From positions 65,651 through 129,650 of the forward strand of contig CAWFJL010000010.1 of the NCBI GenBank assembly GCA_963816165.1: DNA of 64,000 bases, in the 5' to 3' direction. The notes beneath the pieces were generated by a model, which saw nothing but the letters and a program-made list of their open reading frames with translations, did not search any database and had not been told where the DNA came from. Positions 31,133-43,382 of this stretch are shown here, piece after piece; the stretch's first letter is position 1; each line of letters starts with the position of its first letter. The stretch is from an uncultured beta proteobacterium (GTDB lineage Bacteria > Pseudomonadota > Gammaproteobacteria > Burkholderiales > Casimicrobiaceae). The position numbers were made by a program, and so were the translations under genes.

Positions 31133-31790
31133 CGCTGTCTCCGTCAACCCGGATCGCCCTGACCTCGATGCCATCGACGTTCGTGATGCCCTCGGTCGTC
31201 AATGTCGGCGCGGGTGCGGTCGAACCGTCCTCCCGCCGTTGCACGCCCGTCACTCCCCCGTTCGGGTCGACGATCCAGCTGCTGCGGACGCCTGCGTTGT
31301 CGTAGACATACAACCCGGCGGGAGGTTGCGCGAGGGCCGCGTTGAAATCCCACTTCTTGTCGCCGATCGACAGCGTGCCGTCGATCGCATTCCCTTCGAG
31401 GCGCCCGTCAAGGCGGCTGGTCTTGTCCTTGCTGGCGAGGCTGACTGTGCCGTCCATTGCGCTGCCGCGCAGCCACGACTCGACCTTGTTGCCGTCGCAC
31501 GCGTAGGCGATCGCCTTGTCGCCTTGAACCGTGATCTCCACCGTGATCGTGCCGTTGGCGGTAGGGATCTTGCCGACGTAGTCTGCCTTGGCCGGGAAGG
31601 CCGGAGGCGGTGGCGTGCTGGGCGCCGGTGGCGGAGTCGCCGGAGTGGCCGCGGCGGCGGTCGTGGTCGATTTGCCGTAGGGGTTGGCCGGCGGCGCCGA
31701 CTGCTCCTTGGACATGTTCACGAGCAAGATGCCGACCCCGAGCACCGCAACGGCGACGAGGGTGAGTATCGGGCCGCGGATCTTCATCAT
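31125..31790 (-). CDS. Membrane-anchored extracytoplasmic protein of unknown function
   Basis: N-terminal TM helix, Pro/Ala/Thr linker, beta-rich domain with AIAYACDGNKVESWLRG; AGGAGG RBS; stop overlaps the next start. Confidence 0.8.
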   Translation of the reverse strand: MMKIRGPILTLVAVAVLGVGILLVNMSKEQSAPPANPYGKSTTTAAAATPATPPPAPSTPPPPAFPAKADYVGKIPTANGTITVEITVQGDKAIAYACDGNKVESWLRGSAMDGTVSLASKDKTSRLDGRLEGNAIDGTLSIGDKKWDFNAALAQPPAGLYVYDNAGVRSSWIVDPNGGVTGVQRREDGSTAPAPTLTTEGITNVDGIEVRAIRVDGDSDV

Positions 31791-31837
31791 CCCTCCTGGC
31801 TTTTGAGCAAACACCGCTGGCGGTGTTTTGTCTGCAC

Positions 31838-31863
31838 AACGGACGATGCCGGGAAAGGGTTCA
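31838..31863 (-). promoter_or_regulatory. ECF sigma (SigL-like) promoter TGAACC-N16-CGTT
   Basis: Minus strand reads TGAACC ctttcccggcatcgtc CGTT just after the lpqB stop; palindrome AAACACCGC-TG-GCGGTGTTT at 31809-31828 follows. Confidence 0.6.
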
Positions 31864-31864
31864 G

Positions 31865-33630
31865 TCAGCCGGGCAACACGGGCAGCGCGCCGGCCACCAT
31901 CAACGGCCGCACCTCGGCCCACGCCGGGTCGTTGTCGGCCGCCGAACCCGACAACTGCAGCACCCCACGCTGATCGGCGACGTAGACCGTCGACGGATTG
32001 GCCGCGACCGCGGTGACCGGTGGCAGCAGGTTACGGCTGGGGCCGTCGGAGTTCACGCCGTCGAGGTTGACGTAGGAGACGGGATGCTGCGGGTCGGTGC
32101 GGCTGACGACGATGTCGTCGCCGGTGCGCCAGGCCAGCGACACCGCCGTGTTGCCGAGCCCGAAGCCCAGCCGCCGCGGATAGGTCAGCGCGTAACCGCC
32201 GCCTGCCGTCTGCTCGACACCGGCCATGATGACCTGCCCTTCGATGACCATCGCGGCGCGGGTTCCGTCGCGGGAGAGCTGCAGCTCGGCGATCGCTCCC
32301 GGGAAGCGCGTCGACACGACGGTGGAATCGACCGGAATGCGAGCAGGCTGTCCGGATGCGCCTCCTGGATCACGCGCACCACGTTGTTGCCGTCCACCAC
32401 CACCCAGATCGCGTCGTCGAGCGACCAACTCGGCCGCGACAGCGTGCGCCCGTCGATCGCTTGTGTCGCATTGCCGTCCAGCGGGCCGACCCAAAGCGAC
32501 GACGCCATGTCGGGCGCACCGGGCCGCAGCGTCACGATCGACGCCACCTCCTGGCCGGTGCGCGACACCGCGGCCGCCGTCTGGTTGGGCATCTCGCCGA
32601 ACGGCCCGGTCACCCGCGACGACCGCTGGCCGTCAAGCGACAGCAGCGAACCACCCACCAGCGCGTGCAGGCCCGCCGCGGCGCCGTCGGTCCGCGCCAG
32701 GGTCGGTGGCCGCGACGTCGGAGGTGTTCCAGCCGTCGGCGAAACGGTCGTCGAGCGCCGCACCGTCGGCGTTGATCACATACGGGCCGTTGATGCCTGC
32801 CCGCGCAAGCGTCCAAATGATCTGTGCCGCAAGCAGTTGCCGGGTGTGCGGGTCGGTCGTCGACAGGTTCTCCAGGTCGATGCGGGCACCGCCGTAGCCG
32901 CGGCCGACACCCGTCTTGCCGCCGTCGGCGCGGGTCACCGGACCACGCAGCTTGCAGCGGCGGACCCAGCAGGTTGCGCACCGTGTTGTCCATCTCGGGA
33001 CGCGGGCCCGCGATCAGCTTGCTCACCAGTTCGGTGGCCAACTGGTCCGGGTCGGACACCGCGACGTAGCGCGGATCGGGGACGACGGTGTTGCCGGTCG
33101 GGTCGACGAAGTACAGTGTGTTGCGCTTGTAGGTCGACTGAAACTGTTGCCAGTCAAGGAAGACGCCGTTGGGCAGCCGGTCGATGCGCCACCCGCCCGG
33201 CGTCTTCACCAGTTCGATCGCACCGGGATCGGGCAGTGCACCTTCGCCGGTCTCGAACACGCCCGACGTCCGACAGCGAGCCGAGGATGTCGGCGCGCAT
33301 GTTGCACCGAAACCCGGTCGGGGCCGCGGGTTTCGACGAACACCACGTTGTCGATCAGCAGCGCGCTGCCGGCGTCGTCCCATGCGCGCGACGCCGATTC
33401 GGTGAGGAACTGACGCGCCGCCAGATGCCGGTTGGCGGGATCGGCTGTCGCCTTGAGGAATTCACGCAGCAGGACGTCGGGATCCATGCCCGGCGTCGGC
33501 TTGGGCAGGCTCGGCGGCGCAGGCCGGTCGACGGTTCCGATCGCCTGTGGCGCCGACGAACTCGGCACGCCGGCACAGCCGGCGAGAACGAACGCCAGCA
33601 GCACACAGGGCCGTCAACGAGGCGTTTCAC
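31865..33630 (-). CDS. lpqB: MtrAB accessory lipoprotein LpqB, frameshifted
   Basis: [17 protein letters not shown] lipobox, [36 protein letters not shown]; synteny. Confidence 0.93.
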
Positions 33631-35280
33631 ACGCGTCTCCGCCGGTTCGCGATCGCGGGTGGTGCGCCGCGGGGGTCGTTCGCGGCCCAACGGGTTTCAG
33701 CGGCAGCGGGCTCGTCGTCACCTTGTGACCGCGCACCAGCGGCAGGGTCAGCCGGAAGCAGGCGCCCTTGCCCGGTTCACCCCACGCCTCCAGCCGGCCC
33801 TGGTGCAGCCGGGCGTCCTCGATGCTGATCGCCAGACCCAGGCCGGTGCCGCCGGAGCGCCGCACCCGCGACGGGTCGGAGCGCCAGAACCGGCTGAACA
33901 CCAGCTTCTCCTCGCCGGGCCGCAGCCCGACACCGTAGTCGCGGACGGTGACGGCGACGGTGTCGTCGTCGGCGGCCATCCGGATCCGCACCGGCTTGTG
34001 CTCGGCGTGGTCGATGGCGTTGGCGATCAGGTTGCGCAGGATCCGTTCCACCCGCCGCGGGTCGACCTCGGCGATCACCTCGTCGCGCCGGCATGTCGAC
34101 GATCAGCTCGATGTCGGCGTCGCCGCGAGGTGGCCGACGTTGTCCAGCGCGCTCTGCACCGTCGAGCGCAGATCCACCGACTCGACCGACAGCTCGGCGA
34201 CACCCGCGTCGTGGCGGGAGATCTCGAGCAGGTCGTTGAGCAGTGTCTCGAAGCGGTCCAGCTCGCTGACCATCAGCTCGGTCGAGCGCCGCAGCGCGGG
34301 ATCGAGGTCGTCGCTGTGGTCGTAGATCAGGTCGGCGGCCATCCGCACCGTCGTCAGCGGGGTGCGCAGCTCGTGGCTGACGTCGGAGGTGAACCGGCGC
34401 TGCAGGTTGCCGAACTCCTCGAGTTGGGTGATCTGCGCGAGCAGGCTTTCGGCCATGTCGTTGAACGACACCGCCAGCCGCGCCATGTCGTCCTCGCCGC
34501 GCACCGGCATGCGCTCGGTCAGATGTCCTTCGGCGAACCGCTCGGCGATCCGCGACGCCGACCGCACCGGCAGCACGATCTGCCGGGCCACCACCAGCGC
34601 GATCGCGGCGAGCAGACCGAGCAGCACCACGCCGCCGGTCAGCATCGTGCCGCGCACCAGCGCGATGGTGGATCTCCTCGTTGTTCAGCGGAAAGATCAG
34701 GTACAGCTCGAGATTCGTCACCGGCGACGAGGTCGGGCTGCCGATGATCAGCGCCGGGCCCGAGAAGCCGTCGGTGTGCACGGTCGCGTACTGGTAGCTG
34801 ACCTGACCGGCCTTGACGAAGTCGCGCAACGACGTTGGGCACCTGCTGCACCGGGCCCGCCGCAGTGGCGGCGCGGGGACCGTCGCCGGGCACCACGAGC
34901 ACCGCGTCGAAGGCGCCGGCCGAGCCCGGCGCCGGTGTCGGCCTTGCGGTCGATCAGGGTGTTGCGCGCCAACTGCAGGCTGCTGTCGAGTGAGCGGGTC
35001 TCCTCACCGCCGACGATGCCGCTGACGGTGTTGCGGGCCCGCTCGATCTCCTCGGTCGCGGCGCGCACCTTGACCTCGAGGATGCGGTCGGTGATCTGGC
35101 TGGTCAGCACGAAGCCGAGCACCATGATGACGGCGAGCGACAGCCCCAGCGTCAAGGTCACCACGCGCAGCTGCAGCGAGCGGCGCCACGCGAGACCGAT
35201 CGCTCGACTCAGCGCACCGAATCCGCGTAGCAGTGGTGCCGAACGCCGATCCGGATGCGTCGCCTCGAGCTCCAGATCAC
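33614..35280 (-). CDS. mtrB: Sensor histidine kinase MtrB, frameshifted
   Basis: [27 protein letters not shown]; HAMP region. Confidence 0.95.
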
Positions 35281-35964
35281 GGAGGTCCGGCCTTGTATCC
35301 CACTCCTCGAACGGTCAGCACCACCTGCGGGTTCTCCGGATCTTTCTCGACCTTGGCCCGCAAACGCTGGACATGCACGTTCACCAAACGGGTGTCGGCG
35401 GGGTGCCGGTAGCCCCACACCTGTTCGAGCAGCACATCACGAGTAAACACCTGCCGTGGTTTGCGCGCCAACGCCACCAACAGGTCGAACTCCAGCGGTG
35501 TCAGCGAAATCTGCTCGCCCAGCCGGGTGACCTTGTGGGCGGGCACGTCGATGTCGACGTCGGCGATCGACAGCATCTCCGCGGGCTCGTCCTCGTTGCG
35601 GCGCAGCCGGGCGCGCACGCGGGCGACGAGTTCCTTGGGCTTGAACGGCTTCATCACGTAGTCGTCGGCGCCGGACTCCAGGCCGAGCACCACGTCGACG
35701 GTGTCGGTCTTGGCCGTCAGCATCACGATCGGCACACCGGAGTCGGCGCGCAGCACGCGGCACACGTCGATGCCGTTCATGCCCGGGCAGCATCAGGTCG
35801 AGCAGCACCAGATCGGGCCGCAGCTCGCGGACCGCGGTGAGCGCCTGTGTGCCGTCACCGATGACCGCGGTGTCGAAACCTTCGCCGCGCAGCACGATGG
35901 TGAGCATCTCGGCCAGCGACGGGTCGTCGTCGACGACCAGAATCCTTTGCCTCATGGTGTCCAT
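35277..35964 (-). CDS. mtrA: Response regulator MtrA, one frameshift
   Basis: [14 protein letters not shown]...LLDLMLPG / ...[14 protein letters not shown]. Confidence 0.97.
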
Positions 35965-36015
35965 GGTGTCACCAGATCGCGATAAAACGCGGCTACCACA
36001 CCCGCGTTATGTCGG

Positions 36016-36652
36016 CTATTGACCCAGGTCTGCCGGCGAGCGCGGCGGCGTTCACATCGGGTCCCGCGACCAGCCACCGTCCGCACCACTGTGCTGACGG
36101 CCAGCCCGGAGTACACCTCGCCGGTGCGGCGCTGCAGTCCGTCGTCGCGTTCGTAGGCGTCCTTGGCGCGGTCGGCCTCTGTCTGGCGCGATGCTCGGCG
36201 CGCTCGGCGGCCAGCTCGGTCGGGCACGTCGAGCAGCACCTGCCAGTCGGGCTTCGGCAGGTGCAACCGGTCGTACTCGAGGGTCGCGCACCCAGTCGAC
36301 GACGTCACCGTCGGCGCCCTGGTGCAGCCGCGCGGCGCTGTAGGCGGCGTTGGACGCGACGTAGCGGTCGAGGATGACGACGTCGTAGGCGGCGGTCAGG
36401 TGCGCCGATCTCGTCGCGGGCGCCGGCGCGGTCGAGGGCGAACAGCACCGCCATCGCGTACACCGAAGACGGCGAGGTCACCGTGCCCGCCGTGCAGCGC
36501 CTCGGCGGCGAGGTCGGCCGTCGATCGAATGCCCGTAGCGCGGGAAGGCCAGGCTGGCGACGGACTTGTGCTGCGACTTCGAACGCGGCGCGCAGGCCGT
36601 CGGTCAGCGTGCGCTTGCCTGCGCCGTCGACACCTTCGATCGCGATGAGCAC
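36016..36652 (-). CDS. tmk: Thymidylate kinase, frameshifted
   Basis: LIAIEGVDGAGKRT, YAMAVLFALDR, LPKPDWQVLL, DAYERDDGLQRRTG. Confidence 0.9.
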
Positions 36653-36697
36653 GCGGCGAGCGTAGCGCGAGGCGCGACGCGGTCCCCCCAACTGCCG

Positions 36698-36754
36698 CGA
36701 ACGTTCCTTACCGCTCGAGTTTTCGGCGATTCATCGAGCGGTAAGGAACGTTCG
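36698..36754. repeat. Perfect 21-bp inverted repeat (REP-like hairpin)
   Basis: CGAACGTTCCTTACCGCTCGA-N15-TCGAGCGGTAAGGAACGTTCG; left flank CCGCGAACGT same as the REP-like copies A and B. Confidence 0.85.
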
Positions 36755-36861
36755 TCGCATGGCAACGTCGACGTCGGCTTGCTGTGGGCACCAGCCGAAT
36801 CTCCTGTGGAACAGCTTGCGATGACCGCGCCCGAGCACAACTGGCACACAGACTGTCAGCC

Positions 36862-37221
36862 ATGATGTTGTCTCGCCTCCTCACCGCAGTGTGCACCGGT
36901 GCTGGGATCGGCGCGGCGCTGTTCGGCGCCAGACCGCTCGCTCATGCCGACCAGGACCCCGGCGCCAATCCGCCGAACTGCAGCGCCGCGGATCTCGAAG
37001 GCGTCCGCGCAGGCGTCTCGGCGTCGACGTCGGCCTACCTGTTCACTCATCCCGACCTGAACGACTTCATGACGAGCCTCAAGGCCATGCCACGTGAGCA
37101 AGTGGCCGCAAAGGTGAAGGACTACATGGCGGTTCACCCCCAAGAGCAGGCCGACATGACGAGCATCCGGCAGCCGCTCGTCGACATCAGGGACCGCTGC
37201 GGGGCACCGCCGAGCCCCTAG
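36862..37221 (+). CDS. Secreted hemophore-like heme-binding protein (Rv0203 family)
   Basis: Signal peptide ending AHA-D; NCSAADL..V...VSASTSAYLFTHPDLNDFMTSL...IRQPL...RC. Confidence 0.82.
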   Translation: MMLSRLLTAVCTGAGIGAALFGARPLAHADQDPGANPPNCSAADLEGVRAGVSASTSAYLFTHPDLNDFMTSLKAMPREQVAAKVKDYMAVHPQEQADMTSIRQPLVDIRDRCGAPPSP

Positions 37222-37227
37222 CACCGG

Positions 37228-37810
37228 CTAGGCCGCGTAGCCGCGCGCGGCGGCGATGTCGACGAGCAATGTCCGCAGATTGGTGCGGCCGCGGTGCAAC
37301 CGTGACATCACGGTGCCGAGCGGCGTGTCCAGGATCGCGGCAATCTCCTTGTACCGGAAGCCTTCTACATCGGCGTAGTAGACAACCAAGCGCTGATGTT
37401 CGGGTAATGCCTGAAGCGCATCGCGCACGTCCTCATCGCCCATCGCTTCCAGCACAGCGAGTTCCGCAGACTGGTTCTGTGAAGCGCTCGGCCGCATGTC
37501 GGTGACGTCGGCCGCGAGCACTTCGTCCGGGCGCCGTTGAGCGGTGCGGTACGAAGTGATCCAGGTGTTGGTCAAGATGCGGAAAAGCCACGCCCGGATG
37601 TTCGTCCCGACGGTGAACGTGTGAAAGCCCGCGTACGCCTTGACCATCGTCTCCTGCACCAGGTCCTCGGCGTCGGCAGTGCTGCGCGTGTAGCGGCGCG
37701 CGGCGCGGTAGAGCTGGTCGACCAACGGCAATCACGTCTCGAACGAACCGTGCCGACGGGTCGTCGATGGCCACCACCGTCGCGTCGGGGTCCCCTAACC
37801 CATTCGTCAT
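37228..37810 (-). CDS. ECF sigma factor, SigH/SigR-like paralog, one frameshift near the N-terminus
   Basis: [42 protein letters not shown]...[11 protein letters not shown]. Confidence 0.88.
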
Positions 37811-37883
37811 GCGAGCAGCGTGGCACCTCAAGTGAACTTGAGGTCAAGAGCCTTGTGCCGATGTGGCAAGAGGCCCTACAAGA

Positions 37884-39367
<1,484 letters not shown>

Positions 39368-39448
39368 CCTTGTCCTCGTTCGTGGGCGCGTCGCACTTAC
39401 TTAGCTTTGTTACATATTAGGCCGCGTGGCTCGACGGCGCCGCAGCCG

Positions 39449-40107
39449 CTAACTCTGCTCGATCACACCGTAGCGTTCGGCAAACGGCGTCATGAGTCTA
39501 GCCAGGTCTCGCGCCACGTCGTGGTCCGCCTCCGGCGGCATCGAGACATAGCTCATCGCGAGCCGACGATCGCCCTGGCCAGTACGCCCGCGTCGTCTTC
39601 GCTGGCTCGCACCCAGCTATGCATGAACGACTCGGTCAACCGCGCTGAGCAGCGCGTGATGATCGGCGCGCTGTCGGTGGTGATCAGCTGTAGCAGGTCG
39701 GGCTTCGTCGTGCCGGTCAGCAGCGAGATCACCAACGGGTCGGCCGCCGACTCGGTGAAGAAGTCGCGGAACCCTTGAAGGAACGCGGCGTAGACATCGC
39801 CGACGTTGCCGTCGATCGCGTCGTCGATCTGGTCGACGAGCCGGTCGGCCAGCCGTAGCGCGTACCCCTGCGCCAGGCCCTGCCGCGAGCCGAACTCGTT
39901 GTAGATGGTCTGGCGGCTGATGCCCGCGGCCTTGGCGACGTCCGACAGCGTGATCGCCGACCAGTCGCGGGTGAGCAGCAGTTCGCGCATGCCGTCCAGA
40001 ATCGAATCGCGCAGCAGCACCCTCGACGCCTCGGCGTACGGAATGCGCTGCGCGGTTCTGGAGCCTTTTCGCTCCCCGCGTGCGCCGAAGTCGCGCGGGC
40101 TCGTCAC
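39449..40107 (-). CDS. alkX: TetR family regulator of the alkB operon (Rv3249c ortholog), frameshifted near the 3' end
   Basis: ITLSDVAKAAGISRQTIYNEFGSR HTH; downstream of rubB. Confidence 0.88.
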
Positions 40108-40153
40108 ACGCGCGACCGTATCTCTTCCCGTCGCTTCGCTCGCCCAGCCGCCG

Positions 40154-40337
40154 TCACGACCGTGCGACCTCCACCATCTCGAAGTCGGACTTCGCCGCGC
40201 CGCAGTCCGGGCAGCTCCAGTCGTCGGGGATGTCGTCCCACCGGGTGCCCGGGGCGATGCCGTCCTCGGGCCAGCCCTTGGCCTCGTCGTACTCGAATCC
40301 GCACTGCACGCAGACGAACAGTCTTGTAGTCACTCAT
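40154..40337 (-). CDS. rubB: Rubredoxin B, one frameshift
   Basis: [38 protein letters not shown] after a +1 shift. Confidence 0.92.
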
Positions 40338-40522
40338 CGCTTCGCCTCATCTTTCTTCAGAGAAATCTCTTCGAAGTCGACCTTCTCGCGTACTGCGCAA
40401 TCGGGACAGCACCAGTCGTCGGGGACGTCGGCCCAGGCCGTGCCCGCGGGAAACCCTTCCCGCGGTGCACCTTTCGCCTCGTCGTAGATGTAGTCGCAGC
40501 CGGGGCAGCGGTAGGCACTCAC
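40334..40522 (-). CDS. rubA: Rubredoxin A
   Basis: YRCPGCDYIYDE...WCCPDCAVREKVDF. Confidence 0.92.
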   Translation of the reverse strand: MSAYRCPGCDYIYDEAKGAPREGFPAGTAWADVPDDWCCPDCAVREKVDFEEISLKKDEAKR

Positions 40523-41734
40523 GCTGCCGCTCCATAGCGGGCCAACACCTTGTCGCGCACCCGCGGGTGCACGTTGACCCGCGTGATGTCGCCGTCGTAG
40601 TGCTCGAGCACCCGGTGATCCATCACACGGCGCCACAGTGGCGGGAAGTATGTCAGCGCGATCATCGACGCGTATCCGCTGGGCAGGTTCGGTGCGCCCG
40701 CCATGCTGCGCAGGGTCTGATAGCGACGGGTCGGGTTGGCGTGGTGGTCACTGTGCCGCTGTAGGTGGTAGAGGAACAGGTTGGTCACGATGTGATCGGA
40801 GTTCCAGCTGTGCATCGGAGCGCACCGTTCGTACCGACCGCTCTCCAGCTTCTGCCGCAGCAGTCCGTAATGCTCGAGATAGTTGACCGTCTCCAGCAGC
40901 GTGAAGCCGAAGACCGCGGAGATCACGACGTACGGGATGAGCGCGAGCCCGAACACCGCGATCAGGATGCCGTAGAACACCACCGACATCGCCCAGGCGT
41001 TGAGCACGTCGTTGGACCAGTGCCACGGGCTCTTGCCCGCTCGGCCCAGCCGCTGCGCCTCCAGCTGCCACGACGACTTCAGGCTGCCACACACGCTGCG
41101 CGGCAGGAACTCCCAGAAGGTCTCGCCGAAGCGGGCCGACGCGGGATCCTCCGGGGTGGCGACGCGGACGTGGTGGCCGCGGTTGTGCTCGATGTAGAAG
41201 TGGCCGTAGCAGCGTCTGGGCCAGCGTGATCTTGGACAGCCACCGTTCCAGCTCGTCCTTCTTGTGGCCCATTTCGTGGGCGGTGTTGATGCCGACGCCG
41301 CCGAGCACGCCCACCGACAGCGCCAGGCCGATCTTGGCCGGCCAGCCAAGTCCGCCGTCGAATCCCAGCCAGCTCAGGTCCGACGCGGTGAACAGGTAGG
41401 CCCCGAAGATCACGCTGGCGTACTGGAACGGGATGTAGATGTAGGTGCAGTAGCGGTAGTACTTGTCGTTCTCCAGCCGCTCCATCACCTCGTCCGGCGG
41501 ATTCTGGCCGTCGGGGCCGAAACGCAGGTCAAGGGCGGGCAGCAGGAGGTAGAGCAGGATCGGCCCGATCCAGAACGGCACCTGCGCCGCCACGTGCCAG
41601 CCCCACTGGTTGAACGCCCACACCAGCGGCAGCATCACGAACAGCGCCGTCGGTGCGATCAGGCCCATCAGCCACAGGTAGCGCTTCTTGTCGCGCCACT
41701 GGGCGATCTCGATGTCTGACATCTGCGTGGTCAC
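40519..41734 (-). CDS. alkB: Alkane 1-monooxygenase, one frameshift
   Basis: HEMGHK, EHNRGHH, NYLEHYG, LQRHSDHHA. Confidence 0.97.
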
Positions 41735-41768
41735 TTGCCTTCTGTGAGTGCCAATGATTGTTCGTGTC

Positions 41769-41797
41769 GTCTAGACATAGAGCTCTATTTTGTAAAA
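41769..41797. promoter_or_regulatory. Candidate AlkX operator / alkB promoter
   Basis: AT-rich stretch with palindromes GTCTAGAC and ATAGAGCTCTAT about 35-55 bp upstream of alkB. Confidence 0.45.
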
Positions 41798-41818
41798 CCC
41801 CTCGGGGCGCATTGCATC

Positions 41819-41871
41819 GCGATTTGGGCGCGCAAACGCCCGCTCAGAGTCCGTTAGCGCGCCGAAGTCGC
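41819..41871. repeat. Imperfect palindromic intergenic repeat (mycobacterial REP-type)
   Basis: GCGATTTGGGCGCGC..AACG...CGTT..GCGCGCCGAAGTCGC at the permease stop. Confidence 0.55.
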
Positions 41872-43329
41872 ACTCTCTCGGAGGGCCAGCACCGAATGCG
41901 TGCGGCCGTATGCGAAATAGATCAGCACCCCGATGGCCATCCAGATCAGGAACCGAATCCACGTCAGGCCGGTCAGGTTGAGCATCAGCCACACGCAGGC
42001 CACGATCGACGCGACCGGCAGCAGCGGGACGCCCGGGGCACGGAAGCCGCGTTCGAGGTCGGGGCGCGTGCGACGCAGCACGATCACCCCCGCCGAAACC
42101 AGCACGAACGCGAACAGCGTGCCGATGTTGACCATCTCCTCGAGCTTGCCGATCGGGAACACCGACGCCGTGATGGCGACCAACACACCGACGAGAACGG
42201 TGATCCGCACGGGCGTGCCATGCGGCCCGGTCCTGGCCAGCGGGCGTGGCAGCAACCCGTCGCGGCACATCGCGAACAGCACCCGGGTCTGGCCGAGCAC
42301 GAGGACGATGACGACCGTCGTCAGCCCGGCCAACGCACCGATCGAGATGAGCTTCGCGAGCCCAGTCAATTCCGTTGGCGGCGAACGCCGTTGCAAGGTT
42401 CGCCTTCCCCCGCGTCGCGCAGCTCGGTGTAGCGCACCATGCCCGAGCAGCACGACGGCCACAGCCACATACAGCACTGTGACGATCACCAGCGAAGCGA
42501 GGATGCCGCGCGACACGTCGCGCTGCGGGTTCTTGGTCTCTTCCGCCGTCGTGGCGACGATGTCGAAGCCGATGAACGCGAAGAACACGATCGAAGCGCC
42601 CGCGAGCACGCCGTACCAGCCGTAGTGGCTGCCTTCAGCACCGGTCATCAGCGAGAACAACGACTGTTCCGTGCCGGTGCCACCGTGGCCTGTCTCAGCA
42701 GGCGGGATGAACGGCGAGAAATTCGCGGTCTTGATGTAAAAGGACCCGACGACCACCACCAACAACACCACCGCCACCTTGATCACGGTGATGACCAAGC
42801 TGACCTCCGCCGACAACTTGGTGCCCCAGGCCAGCAGAACGGTGACGAACACGATGATCAGCAGGGCGCCCCAGTCGAGTTGAAACCCAGCCGAAATCTG
42901 CTGTGCCACCGCCGAATCCGAAGACCGTGCCCGAGATAACTCGACCAGCCTTTGGCCACCACCGCGGCCGCTACGGCGAATTCCAGGATCAGATCCCACC
43001 CGATGATCCACGCGATGAACTCACCGAACGTCGCATAGGAGAAGGTGTAGGCGCTGCCCGCCACCGGCACCGTCGAGGCGAATTCCGCGTAGCACAGCGC
43101 GGCCAGGCCGCACGCCGACCGCGGCGATGACGAACGAGATCGAGATCGCAGGCCCCGTGATGTTGCCCGCGGTCGATGCCGTGATCGTGAAGATGCCGGC
43201 CCCGATCACCACCGACACCCCGAAGACGGTCAGATCCCACCACGCCAAATCCTTGCGGAGGCGCGTCTCGGGTTCATCGGTGTCAGCAATCGACTGCTCT
43301 ACAGACTTCGTCCGCCATCGTCCGGCCAT
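41854..43329 (-). CDS. Cationic amino acid permease (Rv3253c ortholog), frameshifted
   Basis: IGAGIF, PVAGSAYTFSY, FFAFIGFDIVATTAEE. Confidence 0.92.
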
Positions 43330-43382
43330 GAGCGTGCCTTCCCTGGTCCGTAGTCCGGAATGTACCGAGTACTGTGCACCCG

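Noticed and set aside
19290-31860. Possible integrative element or prophage between comF and lpqB
   Set aside because: No integrase, transposase, phage gene or terminal direct repeat seen
31823-34747. 974-aa plus-strand ORF and many other long antisense ORFs
   Set aside because: Shadow frames opposite lpqB/mtrB and other real genes, typical of high-GC DNA; Arg/Pro-rich with no motifs
36755-36865. AESPVE peptide after the 21-bp hairpin, reminiscent of DUF559-type proteins often found beside such repeats
   Set aside because: Match is too short to support a remnant call without a search
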